From a virus (lineage: Duplodnaviria; Caudoviricetes), in the IMG/VR virus record IMGVR_UViG_3300037458_000621, positions 1 to 50,477 of that record: DNA of 50,477 bases. One strand, 5' to 3'. Below are positions 1 to 7,148 of this stretch, piece after piece; position 1 is the first letter of the stretch; each line of letters starts with the position of its first letter. Made by a program: the position numbers and the translations under genes. Under the pieces are notes generated by a model. It did not search any database. It worked only from the letters and a program-made list of their open reading frames with translations, and was not told where the DNA came from.

Positions 1-1
1 G

Positions 2-148
2 CGTAAGCAGGTTCCTGCGCTCAGGCTTGCGCGCTCAGCGTATGTACGCTCAACGCCGGCCCCAGAGTGGCTGATGAGGCGTGCTGCACTCGACGCGGCC
101 AGGGAGCAGGCCATGAAGGAAGGGCGCAGCGTCAAGGCCGCGCTGTGA
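2..148 (+). CDS. 3' end of a hypothetical protein (5'-truncated by window)
   Basis: Frame 2 is open from the window start (RKQVPALRLARS...GRSVKAAL) to TGA 146-148, just before a terminator. Confidence 0.5.
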   Translation, partial: RKQVPALRLARSAYVRSTPAPEWLMRRAALDAAREQAMKEGRSVKAAL

Positions 149-158
149 GATTTGAGAT

Positions 159-199
159 GTGAGCAGGGCTTCGCCCTGCTCACTCGTTTTGCTGTTTTT
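159..199 (+). terminator. Rho-independent terminator
   Basis: 11-bp stem GTGAGCAGGGC/GCCCTGCTCAC, TTC loop, followed by TCGTTTTGCTGTTTTT. Confidence 0.75.
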
Positions 200-221
200 G
201 TGTTTTGGACTTGGAGGATTT

Positions 222-437
222 ATGAAGAAAGTTTCTATTCCGCGTGGAATGGCTCGTGCGATTCGGCGTGGCAATACTGCACCGTCACTCGGCTTCGTGT
301 CTTATCGTGAGGACGAAGACGGCATTACCGATTGCGCTGAACAATGGAAAAACGATGCGCAGTATGACGAAATGCGTCGGCTGCACGAAATCGAATATGC
401 CGAGATCTCTGCTCGTGCATATCGCAATTATCGCTAA
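222..437 (+). CDS. hypothetical early protein (71 aa)
   Basis: SD GGAGG at 213-217 and ATG at 222; basic N-terminus, acidic middle. Confidence 0.7.
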   Translation: MKKVSIPRGMARAIRRGNTAPSLGFVSYREDEDGITDCAEQWKNDAQYDEMRRLHEIEYAEISARAYRNYR

Positions 438-506
438 GAGGACTATTCGCATCATCAAGCCATACTCATGAGCGGGCTTGGTGATCCCGATTCACTCGGC
501 TGTTCA

Positions 507-555
507 TGAACAGCGCTATACCCGGCGAGTCCGGGTATATCGGCGTTCACCGCCA
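507..555 (+). repeat. 49-bp hairpin leader repeat, copy 1
   Basis: 48/49 identical to 765-813; inner stem TATACCCGG/CCGGGTATA, outer TGAAC/GTTCA; precedes SD of the gene at 578. Confidence 0.9.
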
Positions 556-577
556 CTCAACCAACTGGAGTATTGAT

Positions 578-760
578 ATGTCGAAGGAACTGGGTTTTAC
601 GGCTGCATGCCGTGAGTTTTTCGGTCAGCGTCCGGCGCAGACTCTGAAGGAGTTCATGGCCGAAGTGAAGGAGCTGACCGACGATGACCGGGCCGAACTG
701 CGCCCGCTGCTGGAAAAGGCGCTCAGCGAGGCTTCCGGCGACACGGTCACCATCAAGTAA
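578..760 (+). CDS. hypothetical early protein (60 aa)
   Basis: SD GGAG at 567-570, ATG 578, TAA 758-760. Confidence 0.75.
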   Translation: MSKELGFTAACREFFGQRPAQTLKEFMAEVKELTDDDRAELRPLLEKALSEASGDTVTIK

Positions 761-764
761 GCGC

Positions 765-813
765 TGAACAGCGCTATACCCGGCGAGTCCGGGTATACCG
801 GCGTTCACCGCCA
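765..813 (+). repeat. 49-bp hairpin leader repeat, copy 2
   Basis: Direct repeat of 507-555 (one T/C difference); precedes SD of the gene at 838. Confidence 0.9.
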
Positions 814-837
814 AATCAATCAACTTGGAGCATCAAC

Positions 838-1251
838 ATGGCAACCCGCAAGATTCAACCCACTCCTACTGCCAAAGCTACTGGTGCAGCACCGGAGCCT
901 AAGGCCGAAACTCTCAGCACATGGGACAAACTCATGGCTGCAGCCGACGAACATTTCACCGCTGAGGGCATTCCCTCGTGGAAGCGGCAAATCACCAGCT
1001 TCATGATGGGCCTCATCGGCTACGGCACGGTATGGTATCTCGGCCTCAAGTTGGTGGATATCCTGCTGGTGTCTACTGTGATAACTACAGGACCGGGCTT
1101 CATTGCCTTCATGGTCTTGTTCATCGGCTTCGTGCTGTCGCTCATCGCGGCGGCTTGGACCGGATACGCGGTCTACAACGCAGCCATGAGCTTCGAGCCG
1201 AGTCGCATCAAGAATTGGTTCAAGCGCTCGACGGAACCAACTGTTGCGTGA
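838..1251 (+). CDS. putative membrane protein
   Basis: SD GGAG; hydrophobic segments (ITSFMMGLIGYG..., FIAFMVLFIGFVLSLIAAAW). Confidence 0.75.
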   Translation: MATRKIQPTPTAKATGAAPEPKAETLSTWDKLMAAADEHFTAEGIPSWKRQITSFMMGLIGYGTVWYLGLKLVDILLVSTVITTGPGFIAFMVLFIGFVLSLIAAAWTGYAVYNAAMSFEPSRIKNWFKRSTEPTVA

Positions 1252-1261
1252 GGAGCAGAAC

Positions 1262-1543
1262 ATGATCGAGATGGGCATTGTTGTAGGTTTAGGCCTGCTC
1301 GTTATGTTCTGGAAAATGGGTTGGAGGAAGCGCATGTGGATGCTCTCCAACCCATTATTCATGGACGTCATCATTTTTATCGCACTTACTGCGATCCACT
1401 GGGGCACGTTCAGTGGTTTGATGGTCGCCGCGGTCGGCGCACTGTTCTGCTCAATCACCCTGTCTCTCGGCCGCTTTGTGTTCGGCTACGTCGAGAAAGG
1501 TGAGTATCACCCAGGTATCGTGAATATCAAGGAGAAACTATGA
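1262..1543 (+). CDS. putative small membrane protein
   Basis: SD AGGAG before ATG 1262; about three hydrophobic helices. Confidence 0.75.
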   Translation: MIEMGIVVGLGLLVMFWKMGWRKRMWMLSNPLFMDVIIFIALTAIHWGTFSGLMVAAVGALFCSITLSLGRFVFGYVEKGEYHPGIVNIKEKL

Positions 1544-1770
1544 ATATCAAGCTGACCGATGACGAAATTAAACTCGTCATTGCTGCATTGCACTATTACT
1601 CCCACATAGAAGCTGGTCAAACGCAGGCACCTAACCTGCGTCTCCCACGTGACTATGTGGAGTACCACCTTGCGTGCGACCTTCAGGTTCGCCTCAACAC
1701 AAGCACCAAGTTGCGTAACTTGTGGGAACGCGATCCGCGAACCGGCGAGACTGTCAGGAAAACTTCATGA
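1540..1770 (+). CDS. hypothetical protein
   Basis: SD AAGGAG; ATGA overlap with the previous gene. Confidence 0.7.
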   Translation: MNIKLTDDEIKLVIAALHYYSHIEAGQTQAPNLRLPRDYVEYHLACDLQVRLNTSTKLRNLWERDPRTGETVRKTS

Positions 1771-1916
1771 ATCACTACTGGCTCCTCACCTATATATGGG
1801 ATGTATCCTATGCTCGGTTCTACCAAATGGAGGTGAACAAGTTCTTCAGCATATATTGGCCTTCAACCAATGAAGCCGAAGACCTCATTGAAGCTCTTAT
1901 GGGATGCCCATTATGA
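1767..1916 (+). CDS. hypothetical protein (49 aa)
   Basis: ATGA overlaps at both ends (translational coupling). Confidence 0.55.
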   Translation: MNHYWLLTYIWDVSYARFYQMEVNKFFSIYWPSTNEAEDLIEALMGCPL

Positions 1917-2083
1917 AGACTTTACTCGCTTTCCGACTTCGACCCATTGAGCTGAGCGACGAGCCCAGCTCGATGGATGATTCCATCACCGACGACGAAG
2001 AGGAGATTTCAGAACTCGCTGACCCGTTCGAAATCATCGCCGCCCAAGAAGCTCAGCTTGGGTGTCCGGTTTATTTCAGCTGA
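1913..2083 (+). CDS. small acidic protein (56 aa; not in ORF track)
   Basis: ATG 1913 overlaps the previous stop; MKTLLAFRLRPIELSDEPSSMDDSITDDEEEISELADPFEIIAAQEAQLGCPVYFS; TGA 2081-2083. Confidence 0.65.
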   Translation: MKTLLAFRLRPIELSDEPSSMDDSITDDEEEISELADPFEIIAAQEAQLGCPVYFS

Positions 2084-2120
2084 GCATTCAATCTCAATCT
2101 CAACCCATTAGGAGCCAATC

Positions 2121-3086
2121 ATGGCTGGACGCATTTTCTTCATTCCCAAGGAGACCCAAATGACTCAAGCACTTGCACCTGTTGTCGACAAAATCGACAC
2201 CACGCCCTTGACAGCTACGCTCACCGAGATCCTTACTGAGCCCATTGTGTCAGTACGCAGTGGCATCCTGGTCAGCTTCGTCAGCGCACTGAACTTGCAG
2301 TTCATCACTCGTTGTCGCGCAGCATTGCGCGAACGCGCGCGTGCACACACCGATCAGACTGAAGTGCCCACGCTTGACGAACGCAATGAAACCGACGATG
2401 CTGCAGGCACCAATGCTGGCTGTTATGACCAGGGCAACGTCGACGAAGTCAACGCTGCATACGCCGGCAACCCACGACCGATGTCCGCAGCACAGGTGGC
2501 ACAGCGCCTGGGCATCATCCGTGCTTTCTGCCACATGCAGCAAGAGAGCTTGCGTCCGAATAACATTATTCCGTTCGTGCCACGCCCACTCACTGAGAGT
2601 GTCGACTGGCTCTTGACGCAACTCCCGATCAACAGCAAGCCAACTGATCCAGCCGTGCGCGTAGCCATGGAACTCACTGGCCTGAGTGCTGAGAAGATCG
2701 TGAACATACGTGACGCCGGTCATGCCAGCGAACGTGCAGAACTGGAAGCCATGGCACCAGAGATGGTCGCTCTCGGCGAGCTGCTTACGTCAGCATACGC
2801 GCCTGATGCTCAGGCCGTTGAGGAAGCCTTCGACAGTCTGCCCGTGCAGATCAGGGCGAACATCCTGATCTCTGCCATCAACGCCTGCGTCAGTTCATAC
2901 AACAACTCGTTCAAGCGGGTCGTGATGCGTGGGGACGCAGCGGCTGCCGGCGACATGCCGATCGCCAAAGCGTTGTATACCCGCGGCCTCAAGACACTGT
3001 CCAACCTCTGCACCAAGCACGCCGCTGAACTCGCTGAGTTCGAGTCACGCGGCGGCATGCTGAAGGAGGTCAAGCGCATCAGCTGA
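2121..3086 (+). CDS. hypothetical protein (321 aa; alternative start 2160)
   Basis: Long ORF with two in-frame ATGs, each preceded by AGGAG. Confidence 0.8.
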   Translation: MAGRIFFIPKETQMTQALAPVVDKIDTTPLTATLTEILTEPIVSVRSGILVSFVSALNLQFITRCRAALRERARAHTDQTEVPTLDERNETDDAAGTNAGCYDQGNVDEVNAAYAGNPRPMSAAQVAQRLGIIRAFCHMQQESLRPNNIIPFVPRPLTESVDWLLTQLPINSKPTDPAVRVAMELTGLSAEKIVNIRDAGHASERAELEAMAPEMVALGELLTSAYAPDAQAVEEAFDSLPVQIRANILISAINACVSSYNNSFKRVVMRGDAAAAGDMPIAKALYTRGLKTLSNLCTKHAAELAEFESRGGMLKEVKRIS

Positions 3087-3098
3087 TCCACCCATCAA

Positions 3099-3133
3099 GC
3101 CGCCGTCAGGAGTGCCTGGCGGCGGCCTTCTAC
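3099..3133 (+). terminator. GC-rich hairpin, possible terminator
   Basis: 12-bp stem GCCGCCGTCAGG/CCTGGCGGCGGC right after the stop codon; U-tract weak (CTTCTAC). Confidence 0.4.
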
Positions 3134-3159
3134 CGTACCCCTGGGGGTAACGGACTGCG

Positions 3160-3332
3160 CCTTGTGATCTTATGCTTACGAACCTACTACCTCCTCTAGA
3201 CTTTTTTTTCTTTTTTTCTTCTTTCATGTAAGATAGTAGATCATAAGTATAAGATTATAAGAAGAGGTATTCTTCATAGGAGAGTGTTGCTTATAAACAA
3301 CAGAAGATCTTATGGAAATCCTTGAGATCTTG
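3160..3332. repeat. AT/GATC-rich origin-like element, copy A
   Basis: Shares blocks CCTTGyGATCTTAyGCTTACG, TCTAGAC and a 35-nt block (3234-3268, 34/35 identical to 30108-30142) with copy B; poly-pyrimidine tract 3201-3225; upstream of primase-helicase. Confidence 0.75.
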
Positions 3333-3387
3333 GGCCTCCGCACAGCCGCTGAAAGCGCTAAGATGAGGTCTACTCTGGAGCCCGCCC

Positions 3388-5766
3388 ATGTCCTTGCAAT
3401 TCTTGGAGGCAGCTGTGCCTCTGACGAAGACCTACACCCAGCGCCCAGGAGGCCTGATCAAAGAGCCCTACCCCTTCGTGTGGGAGTTCACTTCCCATGA
3501 AGAGAAGGTCACCAACCTGCACCAGTTCGAAGCTGCGCTGAAGAAGCATGCAGCTCTTGGCCACTGCCTCCTCAAAGGCTCTCTCGCCCGGCCTCTTGTC
3601 CGGGAGTCGCGTGCTGGCAGTACCTCGACCAACGACGTAACGGACTTCGTCGTACTGGACTTGGACGGACTGGACATGCCCACGATCGAAGACGTCATGA
3701 CGGTCATGGGTCTCGACAACGTGAGCTACATCTCCCAGTGGTCGGCGTCGTACGGAGTTGGCGGCTCCAAGCTTCTCAAAGCTCATATCTTCATGTTGCT
3801 CGATAGAGGACATCCTGCTCCTCTTCTCAAGCAATGGCTCATCCAGAAGAACCATCAAGTGCCTGAGTTGGAAAAGTGCATGGGCCTGACGAAAACAGGC
3901 AACTCTATCTCTTGGCCTTTGGACATCAGCGCCTGCCAGAACGACAAACTGATTTACATTGCACCGCCGATATTTAAGGGTCTCAAGGATCCTTGCGCCA
4001 AGATCCCTCGTATCCAGCTTGTCCTGAAAGACAACGAAAAGCTGTCCCTGACCGAACAGATCAACAGCACTGACGCCAACCGCCAACTGACCGTCAAACG
4101 CATTGCTCAGCTTCGCGACAACGCAGGTCTGCCCAAACGCAAGTTCGTGTACAAGATGCACGGTGCAGACGAGGTAATGGCCAAGCCAGATGTCTGCACG
4201 ATCACGGACATGAAGACCGAGCGTGGCTTCGTGTACTTCAATCTCAATGGTGGTGACTCCTGGGCTTACTACCACCCTGAAAACAACCCCGATCTGATCC
4301 GCAATTTCAAGGGGGAACCAATATACCTGACCAAAGAACTGCTACCCGATTACTGGGCACAGATCCACAGTAAGGTAAACGCTACAGTCACCAGTCAAGG
4401 GCTCATCCATCTAGCACTGTGTGACCGCTCAACAAGCACCTATTGGCGGGGTACTTATGACACAACCACGGACAACCTGGAGTTGTTCCTCGCCAAGAAC
4501 GAGACTCAGCTCCGTCATTTCGCAAAGCAAGTCGGAGCCCCGTTGGGGGAATTCATACCTGAGTGGGACATTGTCTTTGATCCGAAAAGCAATATACGAG
4601 TAGATCCGACTGCTCGTCGAATCAACCAGTTCACCCCTACATCATTCATGAGGGCAGCAGGTCCAGCCCCTGCACAGATCCCCAAGACGATTTACAAGAT
4701 CCTGCTGCATGCCTTGGGCGGAGACGCCAAGATTGCAGAGCATTTCATCAATTGGCTAGCGTTCATTCTTCAATACCGCGACCGTACTAAGACCGCCTGG
4801 GTACTGCATGGTGTGCCCGGTACAGGTAAAGGCTTGCTGACCAACGACATCCTGCGCCCTATCTTTGGTGTTCATCAAACCGCAGCGCGTCGTATGGAAG
4901 AGTTGAATGAACCATACAACCATTTCATGAGAAATTCATTCCTTGTTTTCGTAGATGAAGTGCAGACCAAGGCACTGCAGAATGAGCGCGGAGTCATGGC
5001 GAAGCTCAAGAACTTCATCACTGAGGAAATGGTACCTATCCGGCAGATGTACGCCAATGCAGTAGAAGTCAGAAATTATACGAACTGGATCTTCTGTAGC
5101 AACATGAGCGATCCAGTCAGTATTGACAAGAACGACCGTCGCTTCAACGTCGGTAAGTATCAAGTCTCCAAATTAACAATCACAGACAAAGAAGTCGAAA
5201 CCATCCCTAAGGAGCTGCAAGCATTTCACGACTATCTGATGACTTACGCATGCAGCGTAGATCTTGCGCGCACAGTCATGCAGACTGAGGATCGTGCAAC
5301 GATGATCTCGATCAATGAGTCCAGCATTGACACTGTCGCCAGTGCTCTCCTTGAAGGAAACTTCGGTTTCTTCATCGACCAACTTCCAACAGACGGCATG
5401 TATGCAGCAAACCGACGCAACAGCGATCGCGTTGCTGATTACTCTTCTGTCCTTCACAAGCTGCTGCAACGCACACACCCACAAACTGGTGCCTGTTCAA
5501 TCGGCCGCGAAGAACTACGTATCCTGTTCGACTACACCGTAGGCGACATGCCCAATACACCGAACAAGTTCACAAGCCGGCTCAAACACCACCGCGTGCA
5601 TATCCAAGCTGTGTGGGTTGAAAACAAGACTGTGAACGGCTTGAAGGTGAACTGGGTGGATCTGGACAAGTGGAAGACGTATGAAGAAAACTTCGTACCA
5701 CCTACACCAGCAGCGAAGAAAGTACCTGTAAAGAAAAAGAGCCCAGCTCTAAGGAGAGTTGTGTGA
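3388..5766 (+). CDS. primase-helicase (N-terminal prim-pol-like domain, C-terminal SF3/DUF5906-type ATPase)
   Basis: DLD and downstream His (KAHIF) in the N-terminus; Walker A GVPGTGKG, Walker B VFVDE, sensor FCSN, DRRF arginine finger. Confidence 0.85.
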   Translation: MSLQFLEAAVPLTKTYTQRPGGLIKEPYPFVWEFTSHEEKVTNLHQFEAALKKHAALGHCLLKGSLARPLVRESRAGSTSTNDVTDFVVLDLDGLDMPTIEDVMTVMGLDNVSYISQWSASYGVGGSKLLKAHIFMLLDRGHPAPLLKQWLIQKNHQVPELEKCMGLTKTGNSISWPLDISACQNDKLIYIAPPIFKGLKDPCAKIPRIQLVLKDNEKLSLTEQINSTDANRQLTVKRIAQLRDNAGLPKRKFVYKMHGADEVMAKPDVCTITDMKTERGFVYFNLNGGDSWAYYHPENNPDLIRNFKGEPIYLTKELLPDYWAQIHSKVNATVTSQGLIHLALCDRSTSTYWRGTYDTTTDNLELFLAKNETQLRHFAKQVGAPLGEFIPEWDIVFDPKSNIRVDPTARRINQFTPTSFMRAAGPAPAQIPKTIYKILLHALGGDAKIAEHFINWLAFILQYRDRTKTAWVLHGVPGTGKGLLTNDILRPIFGVHQTAARRMEELNEPYNHFMRNSFLVFVDEVQTKALQNERGVMAKLKNFITEEMVPIRQMYANAVEVRNYTNWIFCSNMSDPVSIDKNDRRFNVGKYQVSKLTITDKEVETIPKELQAFHDYLMTYACSVDLARTVMQTEDRATMISINESSIDTVASALLEGNFGFFIDQLPTDGMYAANRRNSDRVADYSSVLHKLLQRTHPQTGACSIGREELRILFDYTVGDMPNTPNKFTSRLKHHRVHIQAVWVENKTVNGLKVNWVDLDKWKTYEENFVPPTPAAKKVPVKKKSPALRRVV

Positions 5767-5972
5767 AGTGTCTAAGCTGTGGAAAAGAATTTAAGTCAGG
5801 AATAGGATGGTGGCATTTTACAAATTATCCTGGTAAACATGGCTTAAAACTTCAAGGTAAATTTACCCTTTCAGGAGGCGCGTGCGGCGAATGTTCACGT
5901 CGTATTTACGATGAACCAGGATTTTATGAATCTTGTGTTGCTGCTCAACAAACAGAACGCGAAATTTCATGA
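5763..5972 (+). CDS. small Zn-finger-like protein
   Basis: SD AAGGAG, GTGA overlap; CLSC...CGEC. Confidence 0.6.
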   Translation: MKCLSCGKEFKSGIGWWHFTNYPGKHGLKLQGKFTLSGGACGECSRRIYDEPGFYESCVAAQQTEREIS

Positions 5973-6160
5973 AGCGCCGCACTCGTGCTGTCCTTGTGTC
6001 CTGTACTCAGCGCCCTGTCATGAATGTTGCTAACCTCACTGAAAAAGAAGCTGCCGCAGGCGGCCGAAAAATGTGGGTAGCTACGGATTCAGCTCGTCGA
6101 CAGTTCATTGCAAGTACTAAGATTGAAGCTGAAAAGATGTTAAATGACTATAACAAGTGA
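5969..6160 (+). CDS. hypothetical protein
   Basis: ATGA overlap at 5969; MKRRTRAVLVS... Confidence 0.6.
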   Translation: MKRRTRAVLVSCTQRPVMNVANLTEKEAAAGGRKMWVATDSARRQFIASTKIEAEKMLNDYNK

Positions 6161-6430
6161 GGCTGGCTTGTCCTAGGCCTAAACGGACACCTCCTAGTCT
6201 ATTTATGAGTGGCTATGACAAAGTGAGGCTATCATGTTCAATACTGGCCTGTCCCGGGCCTAAACGGACACCCGCTGAAATGCGGCCTTCCTAACTTATT
6301 TGTTTGTTTAGTTTATAAGTAGCTATGACAAAGTGAGACTATCATGTTCAATACTGGCTTGTCCTGGGCCTGAACGGACACCCGCTGAAATGCGGGCTTC
6401 CTAACTTATTTGTTTGTTCTAGTTTATTAA
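6144..6430 (+). repeat. tandem structured repeats (110-bp period) with three pseudoknot cores
   Basis: Cores CTGGCyTGTCCyrGGCCTrAACGGACACC at 6163-6191, 6244-6272 and 6354-6382; ~6212-6317 is repeated at ~6322-6427. Confidence 0.9.
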
Positions 6431-6471
6431 TTTGTGGCAGTCTGAATGATCCGCCAGGGCCATAATAAAAA

Positions 6472-6515
6472 TAGATCAGACCGATGAAGCGTGGCTCGCG
6501 TGGAGGTTTGATCTA
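6472..6515 (+). ncRNA. kink-turn-containing hairpin (putative cis-regulatory RNA)
   Basis: 11-bp C-stem TAGATCAGACC/GGTTTGATCTA, 3-nt bulge GAT, tandem G.A/A.G/A.G, then stem; abuts SD AGGAG of the gene at 6527. Confidence 0.6.
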
Positions 6516-6526
6516 CAGGAGAACCA

Positions 6527-6754
6527 ATGAGCCAACTTCTTGATTCTCGTTTAGACGAAGAACGCTTGCGAGATTGTCTGGCACATGACGCCCGCATGCG
6601 AAGAACTCCTCGTTCTGTAGCAACGTGCTTAGACGACGCCGAAGCATGTTTACACGCCGCGCGACGCACAGACACTGCTGAATATATTCGTCATGCAATC
6701 TTCAACCTTCATGCTGCTTTATGGAACAAGAACCAGACAGCTTCGTTGAGCTGA
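6527..6754 (+). CDS. hypothetical protein
   Basis: SD AGGAG, ATG 6527. Confidence 0.65.
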   Translation: MSQLLDSRLDEERLRDCLAHDARMRRTPRSVATCLDDAEACLHAARRTDTAEYIRHAIFNLHAALWNKNQTASLS

Positions 6755-6930
6755 TACGTCAAAATCCGCCATGGGTCAAAGACTTCATGGATACTGTTCC
6801 AACTGATTATTCTGAATTGAATAATCCACGTCTTGATGCCCCTCAAGATCGTGATTTTCGGGCTATTACTGGCATGGTTTGGGCGGTGTTTGTTTTTATC
6901 GTAATCGCTGCATTGATATGGCTGATCTAA
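6721..6930 (+). CDS. small protein with C-terminal transmembrane helix
   Basis: C-terminus MVWAVFVFIVIAALIWLI. Confidence 0.55.
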   Translation: MEQEPDSFVELIRQNPPWVKDFMDTVPTDYSELNNPRLDAPQDRDFRAITGMVWAVFVFIVIAALIWLI

Positions 6931-7148
6931 TCGAAACCAAGACTATCACAGTCAAAGTTTACCGAGATAAAAACGGTAAACCAACATGTATGTCAGACCT
7001 CCCTGCAGGCCGTATATGTCAGTGGCTTCGAGTACAAAAATTCGGCACAATCGAAATATGTATAGCCACCGACGAAAAGATCAGTCGTGACAACGGTGGT
7101 AGAGGCTATACACGTCCTGTTCTAACTTGTCCAATTTGGAGTAAATGA
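6918..7148 (+). CDS. hypothetical Cys-containing protein
   Basis: ATG 6918; stop overlaps the start of the next gene. Confidence 0.55.
   Translation: MADLIETKTITVKVYRDKNGKPTCMSDLPAGRICQWLRVQKFGTIEICIATDEKISRDNGGRGYTRPVLTCPIWSK

Noticed and set aside
70-125. Hammerhead ribozyme suggested by CTGATGA at about 71-77
   Set aside because: No stem II followed by GAAA; the region reads well as the 3' end of a CDS
3045-3227. 60-aa - strand ORF MKEEKKKKK...
   Set aside because: Arises from the poly-T tract of the origin-like element and runs antisense to the arm
6144-6430. CRISPR mini-array or solitary CRISPR repeat (Racr)
   Set aside because: The sequences between the cores are themselves repeated rather than unique spacers, the cores do not match repeat types I recognise, and there is no cas operon (the Cas4-like gene is a typical phage nuclease)
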